From assembly GCA_963697895.1 (NCBI GenBank), contig OY969100.1:1248001-1312000 (forward strand): a stretch of DNA of 64,000 bases. The letters run 5' to 3'. Numbering within the stretch: the first letter of the stretch is position 1; each line of letters opens with the position of its first letter. Of this stretch, positions 1-11,353 are shown piece after piece. The stretch comes from an uncultured Methanomicrobiales archaeon. Its GTDB lineage: Archaea > Halobacteriota > Methanomicrobia > Methanomicrobiales > Methanospirillaceae. The position numbers and the translations under genes were made by a program. The notes beneath the pieces were generated by a model. That model was given only the letters and a program-made list of their open reading frames with translations, was not told where the DNA came from and ran no database searches.

Positions 1-309
1 GGGCGGGCGTTTCAGGCCGATGCACCCGGATGTCCGGAGCTCCGTCTCCATCGGGCCGTGCAGTTCCGCGGCCACCCGGATCTCATCGCCGGCGACCCGC
101 ACGGATTCGATCTTTTTCGCCAGGCCTTCACAGATGACAAACCCTGCACCGAGCTCCTCCTTCTGGTCGTCGCTCGCGATCAGCTCAGAGAAGAACCGGT
201 CGTTCAGGAACAGGCGGAACCGGGACTCGATCGCGATAGTGTCGTCGATCCCTACCGCAATCCCTTCACGGACCTGGATCCCCGGGTGATGGAAGAGGTT
301 CATGTTCAT
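1..309 (-). CDS. fdhD: Formate dehydrogenase accessory sulfurtransferase FdhD, N-terminal part (runs off the window edge)
   Basis: Manual minus-strand translation from ATG 309 gives MNMNLFHHPGIQVREG...DDTIAIESRFRLFLNDRFFSELIASDDQKEELGAGFVICEGL...ELRTSGCIG, matching the FdhD N-terminus. ATGA overlap with the cutA stop. Absent from the ORF track because it has no stop in the window. Confidence 0.75.
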   Translation of the reverse strand, partial: MNMNLFHHPGIQVREGIAVGIDDTIAIESRFRLFLNDRFFSELIASDDQKEELGAGFVICEGLAKKIESVRVAGDEIRVAAELHGPMETELRTSGCIGLKRPP

Positions 310-629
310 GAGCTCTCTTCCCTGACCCACGAGAGATAGGGCTCGTACCCCCCGGTGATCGGGAGGACGATGATCTCCGGCAGTTCATAGCTGTGTACCG
401 CCCGGATCGCCGCGATCAGGGGATCGACGTTCCCCCGGATGGTCTTTATGATCATCAGGTGCTCCTGCTCATCACAGAGTTCCCCCTTCCAGCGGTAACA
501 GGACCGGACACCGGTGCAGTTCACGCAGGCGGCGAGGTGCCGCCCGACGACCTCCCGCGCGATTTCAGAGGCGTTCTCCGGTGCGGCCGTCGACAGGATC
601 ACCACGGGATCGTTCGCATGCTCATGCAT
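306..629 (-). CDS. cutA: Divalent-cation tolerance protein CutA
   Basis: LAACVN, SCYRWKG, HSYELPEII and YLSWV motifs. Start taken at ATG 629. Confidence 0.93.
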   Translation of the reverse strand: MHEHANDPVVILSTAAPENASEIAREVVGRHLAACVNCTGVRSCYRWKGELCDEQEHLMIIKTIRGNVDPLIAAIRAVHSYELPEIIVLPITGGYEPYLSWVREESS

Positions 630-863
630 TTTCGTCTCCTGCCAGTTGGTTGCATCCGCAGGGCAATAATCATATCCGGACAACGGCAGAGCCGGACGAT
701 ACGGAATACCGGAACCTGAACGAGGGGATGGATCCCTGCAATCTCTCCCAGCGTCACAATACCCAAACCGGACCCTCATCACTTATTCCATCGGATTCGG
801 GATTCACTTCTATTCACGCGCCGGTGTCACCTTAATGAGTCTCCGGATGCAATACCTACCCAC

Positions 864-2012
864 ATGTATGCTGACCGTATGGGCAATCTCCCGCCCTACC
901 TGTTCGCCCGCATCGATGCGATGAAGGCCGAAAAGATCCGTCAGGACGTAGATGTGATCGACCTCGGCGTGGGGGACCCGGACCTTCCCACCCCGTCGCA
1001 TATCGTCGATTCACTCTGTGCAGCGGCCCGAGACCCGGCGAATCATCACTATCCCTCCTATGCCGGCATGGCAGAGTACCGTTCTGCGGTCTCCGGGTGG
1101 TACCGCTCGCGGTTCGGTGTCAGCCTGGACTCGGACCGGGAAGTGCTGGCTTTGATGGGGTCAAAGGACGGTATCGCCCACATCCCGGAGGCGTTTGTGA
1201 ACCCCGGGGACTACGTTCTCGTGCCGAGCCCCGGCTATCCGGTCTACCAGACCTCCACCCTGTTCTCGGAGGGAAGGATCTACGAGATGCCGCTCGAACC
1301 CGGCAACGAATTTATACCGCGGCTCGATCAGGTGCCGGATAAGGTGGCCGATGCGGCCAGGCTCCTGTTCCTGAACTACCCGAACAACCCGACATCCGCG
1401 ATCACCATCCCGGGGTTCTTTGCAGAGGCGGTCGAGTTCGCCCGTGACCACGATCTGGTCATCGTCCACGACAATGCCTACTCGGAGATCGCGTACGACG
1501 GGTATCGGGCGCCATCCTTCCTCGCGACCGATGGTGCCATGGAGGTCTCCATCGAGATGCACTCCCTCTCGAAGACCTATAATATGACCGGCTGGCGGAT
1601 CGGGATGGCCTGCGGGAATGCCGATATCATCGCCGGGCTCGGGCGGGTGAAGACGAACGTGGACTCCGGGGTCTTCAACGCGGTGCAGAAGGCGGCCGTC
1701 ACGGCCCTTTCGGGCCCGCAGGACTGTGTCCGGGAGGCCTGTGCGGTCTACGAACACCGGCGGAACGTGCTCGTGAACGGTCTCCGGGAACTGGGATTTC
1801 CCGTCGAAGCCCCGAAGGCGACCTTCTACGTCTGGATGCCGGTCGATAACAGCATCTCCTTTGCAACGCGGATGCTCGACGAGGCCGGGATCGTGGTCAC
1901 CCCGGGCGTCGGGTTCGGGCGTGCAGGGGAAGGATATGTCCGGTTTGCACTGACCCGGCCGGCCGAACGGATCGCGGAGGCGATCGAGCGGATGCGGGTG
2001 ATGGTGCAATGA
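864..2012 (+). CDS. dapL: LL-diaminopimelate aminotransferase (class I PLP enzyme)
   Basis: LPPYLFA, DLGVGDPD, NYPNNPT, DNAYSE and SLSKTYNMTGWRIG motifs. Overlaps lysA. Confidence 0.88.
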   Translation: MYADRMGNLPPYLFARIDAMKAEKIRQDVDVIDLGVGDPDLPTPSHIVDSLCAAARDPANHHYPSYAGMAEYRSAVSGWYRSRFGVSLDSDREVLALMGSKDGIAHIPEAFVNPGDYVLVPSPGYPVYQTSTLFSEGRIYEMPLEPGNEFIPRLDQVPDKVADAARLLFLNYPNNPTSAITIPGFFAEAVEFARDHDLVIVHDNAYSEIAYDGYRAPSFLATDGAMEVSIEMHSLSKTYNMTGWRIGMACGNADIIAGLGRVKTNVDSGVFNAVQKAAVTALSGPQDCVREACAVYEHRRNVLVNGLRELGFPVEAPKATFYVWMPVDNSISFATRMLDEAGIVVTPGVGFGRAGEGYVRFALTRPAERIAEAIERMRVMVQ

Positions 2013-3301
2013 ACCTTCCCCCGCACCTTTCCGTCTCGGGGGGCCACCTCTGCATCGGCGGACATGATACGGTCAGGCTCGTCTCGCGGTTCGGAAGCCC
2101 GCTTTACGTGACGGACCAGCAGCGGCTCCTCGATGCCTACCGGGCCTGGGTGGGTGCACTTACGAGCCGGTACCGGAAGAGCCGGGTGCTCTATGCGGCG
2201 AAGGCGAACGGGAATGCCGCAATTCTTCGTGCTTTTGCCGGAGAGGGGGCAGGAGCGGACGTCTTCTCATCCGGGGAACTCCGGCTTGCGCGGGAAGCCG
2301 GCATGAATCCCCGCCATCTTCTCTTCAACGGGAGCTCCAAGAGCCCCGCAGACCTGGCCTTCGCGGTGGAGGAGGGGGTTCCGGTATCGGTCGATTCCCT
2401 GGACGAACTGCACCAGCTCGATGCCATTGCCCGGAAGGCGGATAGGTGTGCGGAAATTTCGTTCCGGGTCAACCCGGAGATGGATGTTCCCACGCACCCG
2501 AAGATCGCGACGGGTCTCGCGACGAGCAAATTCGGGATCGCCCACGAGCGGATCCCGGCCGCCTACCGGGAGGCAATCGGGTGTTCCCACGTGAAGCCGA
2601 TCGGGGTCCACTGCCATATCGGGTCGCAGATCCTGGAGATCGAGCCCTTCGTCCATGCCGCCCGGGTCATGGTGCGTATCGCACGCGAGCTGACGGAACT
2701 GGGGGTGGAACTGGAGTTCATCGACCTCGGAGGCGGGCTCGGCATTGCGTATCGCCATGGGATCGACATTGCACCGACCCCTGGTGAATATGCGGCGGAG
2801 GTCGTCCCGGTCTTCCTCGAGGGGATCGAGGAATGCGGGATCAGCCCGGAACTCTGGGTCGAGCCGGGAAGGTCCCTCGTTGGAGACTCAACGATCCTCC
2901 TTACCACCGTCAATTCGGTCAAACCTGCCCACAAGACGTTCGTGAACGTGGATGCCGGGTTCAATCTTCTCATCCGGCCGGTGATGTATGATGCCTATCA
3001 CGAGGTGCTGGTCGCCAGCCGGGGGGACGAACCTGCTACCGGGGTGTACACGATCGCCGGACCAATCTGCGAGACCGGCGACCTCCTCGCCCGTGATCGA
3101 TTGCTCCCGCAGGTGCAGGCCGGAGACCTTATAGCGGTGCTCGATGCCGGCGCATATGGGTTTGCGATGTCATCCCAGTACAACAGCAGGCCCCGGTGTG
3201 CGGAATGCCTGGTGAACGGTTCCGAGGCGGTGCTGATGCGACGTGCCGAAGATCTCTCCGACATCACCGCCCCCATGCAGCAACCCCCCTGGCAGCGCTA
3301 A
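2009..3301 (+). CDS. lysA: Diaminopimelate decarboxylase
   Basis: YAAKAN, SKFG, HCHIGSQI, DLGGG, EPGR, GPICETGD and AGAYGFAMSSQYN motifs. Confidence 0.95.
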   Translation: MNLPPHLSVSGGHLCIGGHDTVRLVSRFGSPLYVTDQQRLLDAYRAWVGALTSRYRKSRVLYAAKANGNAAILRAFAGEGAGADVFSSGELRLAREAGMNPRHLLFNGSSKSPADLAFAVEEGVPVSVDSLDELHQLDAIARKADRCAEISFRVNPEMDVPTHPKIATGLATSKFGIAHERIPAAYREAIGCSHVKPIGVHCHIGSQILEIEPFVHAARVMVRIARELTELGVELEFIDLGGGLGIAYRHGIDIAPTPGEYAAEVVPVFLEGIEECGISPELWVEPGRSLVGDSTILLTTVNSVKPAHKTFVNVDAGFNLLIRPVMYDAYHEVLVASRGDEPATGVYTIAGPICETGDLLARDRLLPQVQAGDLIAVLDAGAYGFAMSSQYNSRPRCAECLVNGSEAVLMRRAEDLSDITAPMQQPPWQR

Positions 3302-3313
3302 AGGTGATCCGGT

Positions 3314-4612
3314 GTGCAGTTTCACTACGCCCTCGTCGATGACCTCATCACCCGGGATGAATTTGACCGCCGGGTCGAGGAGAAGATCGCGTCCTGTGGC
3401 GACCTTGTCGATGATCTGACTGCCGCGATCCTGGTGGTGCAGGAATGCGGGCGCCACCACGTAAAAATCAGCGGCCTGTCGGCGAAATCGAGCCTTTTTT
3501 CATTCTTCGGCAAGGTGATCGGCAAACAACCGCTGAAGGAGTTCACCCGGGCGGACGGGGAGAAGGGGATTGTCGGGACCCTTGTGGTCGGGGACGAGAC
3601 CGGAGTGGTGAACGTCGTGCTCTGGGACGAGAAGGCGATGGCGCTCGAGGAGATCTCCTGCGGCGAGGTCCTCGAGATCATCGGCCGCCACCCGGGGAAG
3701 GGGCCTGCAAAAGACATCTATGTGCTTGCCCTCAGGAAGGTGGACTGCGAGATCTCCTGCGATGCCACCGGCGGAACTCCGGCGCCGGAACGGGTAACGA
3801 TTACCGCGATCCTCATTGCAGCGGAGGAACCGCGGACGTACACCCGCCGGGACGGGAACCCCGGCGAGATGCTCCCGGCCCTGATCGGCAACGAAGAGGG
3901 CTCTTCCCGGCTCGTGGCCTGGGTTCCCGGACTGCTCGCTTCCTTCGAGCCCGGCACCTGCCTCCGGATCACCGGTGCACTCGTAAAAGAACGGGAGCAG
4001 GGAAAAGAGTTCAGTATCGATGATAAGAGCACCGTCACCCTTTCGGAAGAGCCGGTCGCATTCTCGTTTTCACCGATCGGTGTGGTCGGAGACACGGGGA
4101 TATACTCGGTTCGGGGAAACGTGAAGTGGTGCGAACCACCCCGTTCATTTGTCACCCGGAACAAAACCCGGTCATGGGTGCGGAACATGGCAATCGCAGA
4201 CAGGAGCGGCGAGATCCGGGCGGTGCTCTGGGGAGAACGGGCCCTCCAGCCGCTCGTCCCCGGAGATCCGGTCACGATATATCATGCATCCGTAAAACAG
4301 GGTCGTTTGGGGGGGAACGAGCTGCAGATCAGCTGGGGAAGCGTCTTCGAGGTGAATACCCCGCCCGGCGGGGAACCGATCACGTTCGAAGGGACGGTAA
4401 TGGTCACCCGTTCCGGCACGTTCATCGATGACGGGACGACCTGGTATCTCGTCGTCGATGCCGAACTGCCCAACGGCCGGGACGTCCGCGTGGAAGGGAC
4501 AGTATCGGGGAAGAGGCTCACGGTACGGAATGTCGAGGCGATAGAACACGATCCTGCAGAACTCATCCGCCAGATAGACCAGTTCCTGCAGGAGCTCTCC
4601 GGCCAGCAGTAA
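3314..4612 (+). CDS. rpa: Replication protein A / multi-OB-fold ssDNA-binding protein
   Basis: Repeated OB-fold motifs (FTRADG...GDETG...VVLWD; [14 protein letters not shown]). Lies directly upstream of radA. Confidence 0.8.
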   Translation: MQFHYALVDDLITRDEFDRRVEEKIASCGDLVDDLTAAILVVQECGRHHVKISGLSAKSSLFSFFGKVIGKQPLKEFTRADGEKGIVGTLVVGDETGVVNVVLWDEKAMALEEISCGEVLEIIGRHPGKGPAKDIYVLALRKVDCEISCDATGGTPAPERVTITAILIAAEEPRTYTRRDGNPGEMLPALIGNEEGSSRLVAWVPGLLASFEPGTCLRITGALVKEREQGKEFSIDDKSTVTLSEEPVAFSFSPIGVVGDTGIYSVRGNVKWCEPPRSFVTRNKTRSWVRNMAIADRSGEIRAVLWGERALQPLVPGDPVTIYHASVKQGRLGGNELQISWGSVFEVNTPPGGEPITFEGTVMVTRSGTFIDDGTTWYLVVDAELPNGRDVRVEGTVSGKRLTVRNVEAIEHDPAELIRQIDQFLQELSGQQ

Positions 4613-4688
4613 GAACAATACTTTCACGCTGCATGGCGGACAACCTATATGGTACAGGGCGAGGTTGATGGCAGAGAGGTACAATTAC

Positions 4689-5663
4689 ATGAGCGCAGGA
4701 CCAGTTGAACTGGAAGACCTCCCCGGCGTCGGCCCGAGCACGGCTGAAAAGCTCCGTGAGGCAGGATTTGTCACTGTTGAAAGCATCGCCACCGCATCCG
4801 CGGTCGATCTGGCGGAGACCGCCGAGATCGGCGAGTCCGTGGCAAAGAAGATGATCAAGGCCGCCCGCGAGATGGTGGATATCGGGGGATTCAAGACCGG
4901 AAAGGACGTCTTCGAACAGCGGAAAGAGGTCCGGAAACTGAAGACCCTCGTCCCGGAGTTCGATGCCCTTCTCGGGGGAGGAATCGAGACCCAGGCGATC
5001 ACCGAGTTATATGGAGAGTTCGGGTCCGGTAAGAGCCAGATCGTCCACCAGATGGCCGTCAACGTGCAGCTCCCCGAAGAAGAGGGCGGGCTCTCCGGCA
5101 GCGCCATCTACATCGATACAGAGAACACCTTCCGTCCGGAGCGTATCGAGCAGATGGTCAACGGTCTCGGTATCGCGGATGCCGACCCACAGGAGTTCCT
5201 CAAGAATATCCATGTGGCCCGGGCCCATACCTCGGACCACCAGATGCTCCTCGTCGAGACCGCACGGGAGCGGGCGGCCGACCTGCGGGAGAGCGACCGG
5301 CCGGTCCGGATATTCATCATCGACTCTCTGACCGCACATTTCCGGGCAGAGTACGCCGGCCGGGGTACCCTGGCAACGCGGCAGCAGAAGCTGAACCGGC
5401 ACATGCACGACCTGTTCAAGCTCGTCGACGAGAACAACGCCGTCGCTCTCGTGACCAACCAGGTGATGTCCAACCCGGCGGTCTTCTTCGGCGATCCCAC
5501 CAAACCGATCGGAGGGAATATCGTGGGCCATACCGCGACGTTCCGGCTCTATCTCAGGAAGAGCAAGGGTGGAAAGCGGGTTGCCCGTCTCGTGGACAGC
5601 CCGAACCTCCCCGAGGGAGAGGCGGCATTCATGGTCGAGGAGGCGGGTCTCAAACCGTGCTGA
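4689..5663 (+). CDS. radA: DNA repair and recombination protein RadA
   Basis: Hh[10 protein letters not shown], Walker [33 protein letters not shown] and PIGGNIVGH. No intein. Confidence 0.97.
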   Translation: MSAGPVELEDLPGVGPSTAEKLREAGFVTVESIATASAVDLAETAEIGESVAKKMIKAAREMVDIGGFKTGKDVFEQRKEVRKLKTLVPEFDALLGGGIETQAITELYGEFGSGKSQIVHQMAVNVQLPEEEGGLSGSAIYIDTENTFRPERIEQMVNGLGIADADPQEFLKNIHVARAHTSDHQMLLVETARERAADLRESDRPVRIFIIDSLTAHFRAEYAGRGTLATRQQKLNRHMHDLFKLVDENNAVALVTNQVMSNPAVFFGDPTKPIGGNIVGHTATFRLYLRKSKGGKRVARLVDSPNLPEGEAAFMVEEAGLKPC

Positions 5664-6355
5664 AGGCACTCCTGACAGACGTGGACGGCACCATCACGGA
5701 TCGGCACCGGCGGATCAGCACGGAGGCGATCGGCGTGATGCGTGAACTCGTGGACAGGGGTGTCGAGGTCGTACTGGCAAGTGGGAATACCGCCTGTTTC
5801 ATGGATGCGGCCTGCCGGCTGGTAGGCACCCCGGGATCCTTCATCGGGGAGAACGGGGGTGTCCACCGGGTCGGATATACCGGCCAGCTCTCCATTCACG
5901 GGGACCCGACCTCTCCGCGGGCTGCATTGGAGACATTGACCGCCCATTTCCGGGAGAAGGGGATCGAACTCGACCTCTACAGCCCCCAGTACCGGTTTGT
6001 CGATGTTGCGTTCGCCCGGACGGTCTCTCCCGACGAGGTCAGGGAGGTGGTCCGGTCGTTCCCGGTGAAGGTCCTGGATACCGGGTTTGCGATACACCTG
6101 CACCCGGACGGCCTGAACAAAGGGACCGCATTCAGGGATCTCGCCCGGGACATGGGCCTTTCCCCATCCGATTTCCTGGCGATCGGGGATGCCATGAACG
6201 ACCGGGAGATCATCACCGCTGCGGGAATCGGCGTCACCGTTGCCAATGCCCCGCCGGAGTTGCAATCCTCGGCGGAATGGGTGTCGGAAAAAAAGTATGG
6301 CGATGGATTTATCGATGCGATTCGCCGGTACGAATCCTATTTTCTCGAGAGATAA
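5657..6355 (+). CDS. Phosphoglycolate phosphatase (HAD, SPP-like archaeal type)
   Basis: [20 protein letters not shown] and GDAMND motifs. Confidence 0.88.
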   Translation: MLKALLTDVDGTITDRHRRISTEAIGVMRELVDRGVEVVLASGNTACFMDAACRLVGTPGSFIGENGGVHRVGYTGQLSIHGDPTSPRAALETLTAHFREKGIELDLYSPQYRFVDVAFARTVSPDEVREVVRSFPVKVLDTGFAIHLHPDGLNKGTAFRDLARDMGLSPSDFLAIGDAMNDREIITAAGIGVTVANAPPELQSSAEWVSEKKYGDGFIDAIRRYESYFLER

Positions 6356-6588
6356 CGGTCGACGATGATATAATCCTTGATATCCTTGACCGCCTCGAAG
6401 TTGATGAAAAGCCGGTCGCCCTCGACCCGGTACCCCGCGGTATCGAACGACGGATCCGGGTACACGACCAGATCGATCACCTGCCCGGTATCAAAATCGA
6501 CGATGATATTCCGGAGTGAACCGATTACTTTCCCCTCATTGGTGATGATTTTCTTTTTTGAGAGGCTGCGGGCCAAGGTTTTTGTCAT
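6337..6588 (-). CDS. PRC-barrel domain protein
   Basis: LSKKKIITNEGKVIGSLRNIIVDFDTGQVIDLVV...AVKDIKDYIIV pattern. Confidence 0.85.
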   Translation of the reverse strand: MTKTLARSLSKKKIITNEGKVIGSLRNIIVDFDTGQVIDLVVYPDPSFDTAGYRVEGDRLFINFEAVKDIKDYIIVDRYLSRK

Positions 6589-6683
6589 AACAGAACTGTT
6601 GAGCTGTTCATATTTAAAGCTGTGCCGGTCAGTCTCTCACGAATCCCGGCCCGGATTGTTCCGCGATAGGAACCAGTACATGG

Positions 6684-6893
6684 TCACCTGAGTATCTCCG
6701 CCGCCATCCGGATATCGTGGGCGGTGACGGTCTTCCGGCCGGCATGGGATGCCAGCTTGATCGCTTCTTTTGCAACGGACTCTCCATACGATTCCATGAG
6801 GGCTGCAAGGGCATCCCCTGCATCCGCACCGATCCGGTCTGCACCGGATCTCCTGATCAGCCGCATAACGGGAGCTATCGGTAAGTCAGTCAA
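6684..6893 (-). CDS. Archaeal histone (HMf-type)
   Basis: DLPIAPVMRLIRRSGADRIG...AIKLASHAGRKTVTAHDI histone fold. TTG start. Confidence 0.92.
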   Translation of the reverse strand: MTDLPIAPVMRLIRRSGADRIGADAGDALAALMESYGESVAKEAIKLASHAGRKTVTAHDIRMAAEILR

Positions 6894-7131
6894 ACGTAAT
6901 CACTCCATCATCCCGGGAAGTCTGGAAATGGCATTTCTCCCCGCACGATTCTCCCGCGATCCCGGTTGTAAGTACCGAAGTTCCGGGAGAGATCGGGTCC
7001 AGGCACTTTCCACCCCGTGGTCAGGAAAAGTTCGCCCATATCCGATAAAAATCTTGTCAAATGAAGTTTTTTATGGAGAAATCGATGAAAAACTGTACCG
7101 GAGAGAAAATCCGCTCTTGTGGGTAACGTGA

Positions 7132-8010
7132 TCAGAGCGAGGGAAATACCCGGATGATATCCGAATGGGTGAGGATGCCGACAGGCCGGTCCCCTTCCAT
7201 CACGACCAGACGCCCGATCTCCCGCTCCTTGAACCGGCGTATAACCTCATAGAGGTGGACATCAGATTGCACCTGAACCACATCCGCCGTCATGACCCTT
7301 GAGACGGGTATATCGAACGCGAGTCCCTCCTCGATCGCCCGGGCGATGTCACTCATCGTGACGATCCCGATCAGTTTCCCCTGGTCCATCACCGGCGCCC
7401 CGTGGATGTGGCGGTTGTTGAAGAGGTGCAGGGCCTGCCCGATCGTCTCCGTGGCTTCGAGGGTGATCAGCGGACTCTGCATATAGTACCGGATCGGTTT
7501 CTTCGGGAGAGAGATCATCTCGTAGGTCGAGATCAGAATCGCCTGTTTCACCTCGTCCTTGCCGTAGACCTCTCCCCGTATGAGGAGCTTGTTGACCGGC
7601 GTCGGGCCGATCGTGATCTGGTCACCGATCTCGAAGAGCCTGACGCTCCCGATCACCTTCACCTCCGCGTGACAGACATCCGGATGGCAGAGGGTGGTGA
7701 AGGCGATCTCTGCGACCTTAACGCCCTTCATCACCACTCCGCCCCGGGAGATCTCCACCTCGTACTCCTTTTCGGAACTGTTCAGGTTGAGTACCTTGTA
7801 CGCCAGTGCTGTCGGGTTGTACCCGCCTTTGGGCCCCGGCACCCCGTCCACGAGCCCGATCGCCTTCAGGGCCTGCATCTGGTTTCGGACGGTCCCCGGG
7901 TTCCGCCTGATCACATCGGCGATCTCCTCTCCCTTGATCGGTTGCGAATGCTGGTGGTACAGCGTGATCAGGGTAATCAGGATATCCTTCTGGATCAGGG
8001 ATAAATCCAT
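7132..8010 (-). CDS. Predicted transcriptional regulator with an N-terminal HTH and a C-terminal CBS pair
   Basis: IKGEEIADVIRRNPGTVRNQMQALKAIGLVDGVPGPKGGY HTH. CBS motifs IHGAPV...GIVTMSDI and IGRLVV...GILTHSDI. Confidence 0.88.
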   Translation of the reverse strand: MDLSLIQKDILITLITLYHQHSQPIKGEEIADVIRRNPGTVRNQMQALKAIGLVDGVPGPKGGYNPTALAYKVLNLNSSEKEYEVEISRGGVVMKGVKVAEIAFTTLCHPDVCHAEVKVIGSVRLFEIGDQITIGPTPVNKLLIRGEVYGKDEVKQAILISTYEMISLPKKPIRYYMQSPLITLEATETIGQALHLFNNRHIHGAPVMDQGKLIGIVTMSDIARAIEEGLAFDIPVSRVMTADVVQVQSDVHLYEVIRRFKEREIGRLVVMEGDRPVGILTHSDIIRVFPSL

Positions 8011-8058
8011 AACGATTAATCATATGGAATTACATATATATATTCGGTTAGACTTTTC

Positions 8059-9037
8059 GTGGAGTTTGAGAAGATTCCGACTGTGCCCACAGCGGATGAG
8101 ATCCTGGACCGCAGTTTCCGGAGAGCTGCGGCAAAGATGAAGGAGAAGAGGAACAAGGACCGTGCGAATCAGGATTTTGTGCGGTCGGTCCATGCCGCGG
8201 TGCACGATCGGCTCGTTCGTATCATCCAGTCCTTCCCCGAGTTCGAATCGCTGCCTCCGTTCTATCGCGACGTCGTTGAGATCCTCTACGGGATCGACCG
8301 GATGAAGAAGGCGCTCGGAGCGGTCGGATGGGCGGCCCGCTGGTCCCGGACGCACGGCCCCGGCCTGATCTACCAGACACGGAAGGCAGACGACCCGTCG
8401 ATCATCCGCCGCCGGTCCGTCGCCCGGCTCTCCTCGGTCGTCCACCAGATCGACGGCGAGCTCCGGTTTCTCAACGATGTCCGGAACGTGCTCCGGAAAC
8501 TCCCGCATGTGGAGGACGTCTTCACGGTGGTGATCGGCGGATATCCGAACGTCGGAAAATCGTCCTTCATCCGGCTCGTCTCCACTGCGGACCCGCAGGT
8601 AGCATCGTACCCGTTCACGACTAAGGGGATTATCGTCGGTCACCGGTTCATCAACCGCGAGCGGATGCAGTTCATCGATACCCCCGGGATCCTTGACCGG
8701 CCCGGAGAAGACCGGAACCCGATCGAACGACAGGCGCTGAACGCGATCGTCCACCTCGCAGACCTCCTCCTGTTCATCCTCGACGCAAGCGAACAGTGCG
8801 GATACCCTCTGGCGGACTCAGCTCCGGCTGCTCGACGAGCTGCAGGCGTCACTGGATATCCCCATCCTCGTGGTGGTGAACAAGGCCGATATCATGCCGT
8901 ACGAGGGATACCTGAACATATCGACAGCGATGGGTACCGGCATCGATGAGGTCCTCTCGATCATCGCCTGTTCCCGGGAAAAACAGGGACCCGGGGTTAC
9001 ATCAGCCCTATCAGATACCCGATCAGAAAACCGGTGA
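8059..9037 (+). CDS. NOG1-family GTP-binding protein (one +1 indel near 8818 in this sequence)
   Basis: GYPNVGKSS, YPFTTK and DTPG motifs. After gcggactcagctc the alternative frame gives QLRLLDEL...VVVNKAD (G4)...ISTAMGTGID, ending at TGA 9035-9037. Confidence 0.85.
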
Positions 9038-9884
9038 TCGCTCCGCCGTTGATGGGGGGAAGCCCCGCCTGGGGTCTGCCACGGACGACATAGGTGAGAA
9101 GGACGATCACGCCGGCGACCGATCCGATGATCGCCCCGAGTGCCGCCGTATTGAGGAAGCCCAACTTTCCTGTCTGGATAAAAATGTTCGCCGACACCAC
9201 CAGAATCGAGGGCATGATAAGATCCCCCATCCCCATGATGAATGCACCCCGTTCCTCTCCTTCCCCGATCCGGCCGATCCCCTCCTTTACGTAGGAATAC
9301 GATTTCTTTTTCGGTATTACAAAGAGGATCGGCGTTTTCAGGTCTATCACCCCCTCGGCAAGGGTAATCATGTGTTTTGTCTTGTAGACCGAGATCGCGT
9401 CGTAAACTGCGAGGATTACCAGGAGGATGATTACGGGAAGGACATCGAGCGAGACCCCGAAGATCGAGGCGGCCCCGGCGGCGATCAGGATACCGAGGGT
9501 ATCGATCACGTACCACTCCGGGTATCTGTACAGGACAATGGTCGCACCGATCGCGAGGGCGAACGTCAGGATCGTTCCGATCAGCTCGTCCGGGACGAGG
9601 ACGAACGTGATCGCGGCGAAGATATAGATAAACGTGAAGAATATCGAGACCGCGATGATGATCCCCATGATACGCATAAACTTGAACCGGATCAGGAGGA
9701 GCAGGAGGACGGTGAATGCGAGGAGGATCGCGATGAATATGAGCGGGTTGAAGATCGATTCGGGGTTCGGGAACGCAACAATTCCCGCCTGCTGCACGGG
9801 GAGAGAGAGAAGGAGCGCCACGATCTCGACGATAACAAGCATGATCGGCATGCCGGCGAGCGGGAGGAGCCGCTTCAGATCCAT
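8997..9884 (-). CDS. Presenilin/signal-peptide-peptidase-like intramembrane aspartyl protease (PSH)
   Basis: Multi-TM protein with LAVYDAISVY, FIMGMGDLIMP and PQAGLP motifs. Confidence 0.92.
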   Translation of the reverse strand: MDLKRLLPLAGMPIMLVIVEIVALLLSLPVQQAGIVAFPNPESIFNPLIFIAILLAFTVLLLLLIRFKFMRIMGIIIAVSIFFTFIYIFAAITFVLVPDELIGTILTFALAIGATIVLYRYPEWYVIDTLGILIAAGAASIFGVSLDVLPVIILLVILAVYDAISVYKTKHMITLAEGVIDLKTPILFVIPKKKSYSYVKEGIGRIGEGEERGAFIMGMGDLIMPSILVVSANIFIQTGKLGFLNTAALGAIIGSVAGVIVLLTYVVRGRPQAGLPPINGGAITGFLIGYLIGLM

Positions 9885-9941
9885 GGGATAACTCCGCGGG
9901 TCATAGTTAGATTAATGAATATGTTCTCATCATCTAAAAGC

Positions 9942-10256
9942 ATGGAGATACGGGAATTCACAGGAGACATCATCCTGGTAATCGTTTCGGTGATATCGGC
10001 CGTGGTGCTGGTACTCCTGCTGCGATCCGATCCGGTCATCGCGACCGCCGCCGGGGTTCTCATGGTCGCGATAGGCGGCCTCTTCCTCTCGCTGCACCGG
10101 AAGATCCGGATCATGGAGAAGAACATCTACAACCGGGAACGGATGACCCGCGTCAACCTGGAAGAGATCGCGACAAAGATGTCCCATAAATACGACGCGA
10201 CGATGGATCATATCGATGAAGTCGTCCAGGAATTTTCAAAAAGGGTCTATCGCTGA
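9942..10256 (+). CDS. Small membrane protein with two TM helices and a helical tail
   Basis: C-terminal part of ORF 8946..10256 from ATG 9942. Two hydrophobic stretches. Upstream of fen. Confidence 0.7.
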   Translation: MEIREFTGDIILVIVSVISAVVLVLLLRSDPVIATAAGVLMVAIGGLFLSLHRKIRIMEKNIYNRERMTRVNLEEIATKMSHKYDATMDHIDEVVQEFSKRVYR

Positions 10257-10273
10257 CGTAAACGGGGAGGAGC

Positions 10274-11275
10274 ATGGGTGTAGCGCTGCGTGATATCCTG
10301 GCCGACTATAAAACCTCCGTTCCGTGGGAATCGCTCCCCGGGATCGCGGCGATAGACGCACACAACGCGTTTTACCAGTTTCTCTCGATCATCCGCCAGC
10401 CGGACGGCACCCCCCTGATGGACCGGAACGGGCGGGTCACCTCGCACCTCTCGGGGATCTTTTTCCGGACGATCAACCTGATCGAGCGCGGGATCCGCCC
10501 TGTTTACGTATTTGACGGAACACCCCCGGAGATCAAGGGGGAGACTGTGGCGGAGCGAAGGGCCGTCCGGAGGGAGGCCGGAAAGCGGTGGCAGGAGGCC
10601 CTCGATAAGGGGGACATTGCGGAGGCATACAAACAGGCCAGGGCATCGTCCCGGATAGATACGAACGTGATCGAGACCGCCCGGGCCCTCATCCACCTGA
10701 TGGGGATCCCGACCGTCCAGGCCCCGGGGGAGGGGGAAGCCCAGGCCGCCCATATGGCGATCCGGCGGGACGTCAGTTACGTCGTCTCACAGGACTACGA
10801 CACCCTCCTCTTCGGGGCGCCGGTCCTCGTCCGGAACCTGACGGTGAGCGGGAAACGGAAGGTCCATGGTCGGACGATCACCGTCTCCCCCGAACGGATC
10901 CAGCTCAGGGAAGTGCTCTCCGGCCTCCACCTCTCGCGGGAGCAGCTGATCGCGATCGGGATCCTCGTCGGGACCGATTTCAACCCCGGGGCCCGGGGAA
11001 TCGGGGCAAAGACCGCCCTGAAGCTGATCGCCCAGGGCGAATACCCCGGGATCCTCGCGGAAAAGCTCCCCGACCTCGACCCGGAACCCGTGATGGAGTA
11101 TTTCCTTCACCCACCGGTCACCGAGGACTATGCCCTCGCCTGGCACCCGCCCGACCGGGACGGGATCGTCCGGATGCTCTGCGAGGACTATGACTTCTCG
11201 CCGGACCGTGTCAGGAAGGCACTCGAGCAGATAACAGGACCGTCCGGCCAGAAGACGCTGGATGCCTGGTTCTGA
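10274..11275 (+). CDS. fen: Flap endonuclease 1
   Basis: [35 protein letters not shown], and C-terminal PIP box QKTLDAWF. Confidence 0.97.
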   Translation: MGVALRDILADYKTSVPWESLPGIAAIDAHNAFYQFLSIIRQPDGTPLMDRNGRVTSHLSGIFFRTINLIERGIRPVYVFDGTPPEIKGETVAERRAVRREAGKRWQEALDKGDIAEAYKQARASSRIDTNVIETARALIHLMGIPTVQAPGEGEAQAAHMAIRRDVSYVVSQDYDTLLFGAPVLVRNLTVSGKRKVHGRTITVSPERIQLREVLSGLHLSREQLIAIGILVGTDFNPGARGIGAKTALKLIAQGEYPGILAEKLPDLDPEPVMEYFLHPPVTEDYALAWHPPDRDGIVRMLCEDYDFSPDRVRKALEQITGPSGQKTLDAWF

Positions 11276-11353
11276 AAAGAGAGATGGTTGAAAGAAGGCA
11301 ACGTTCAGATCCGCATGCGTTCTCCGGCCCGATCCACATCCTTTCTCCGTTAG

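Noticed and set aside
630-863. Lysine riboswitch upstream of dapL-lysA
   Set aside because: No recognisable L-box consensus or architecture, and not expected in this lineage.
6684-6893. Histone as a novel variant
   Set aside because: Ordinary single HMf-type fold with no tail or doublet.
8946-9941. N-terminal part of the 436-aa ORF 8946..10256
   Set aside because: Antisense to the presenilin homologue, which explains its D/E/R richness. Only the part from ATG 9942 looks genuine.
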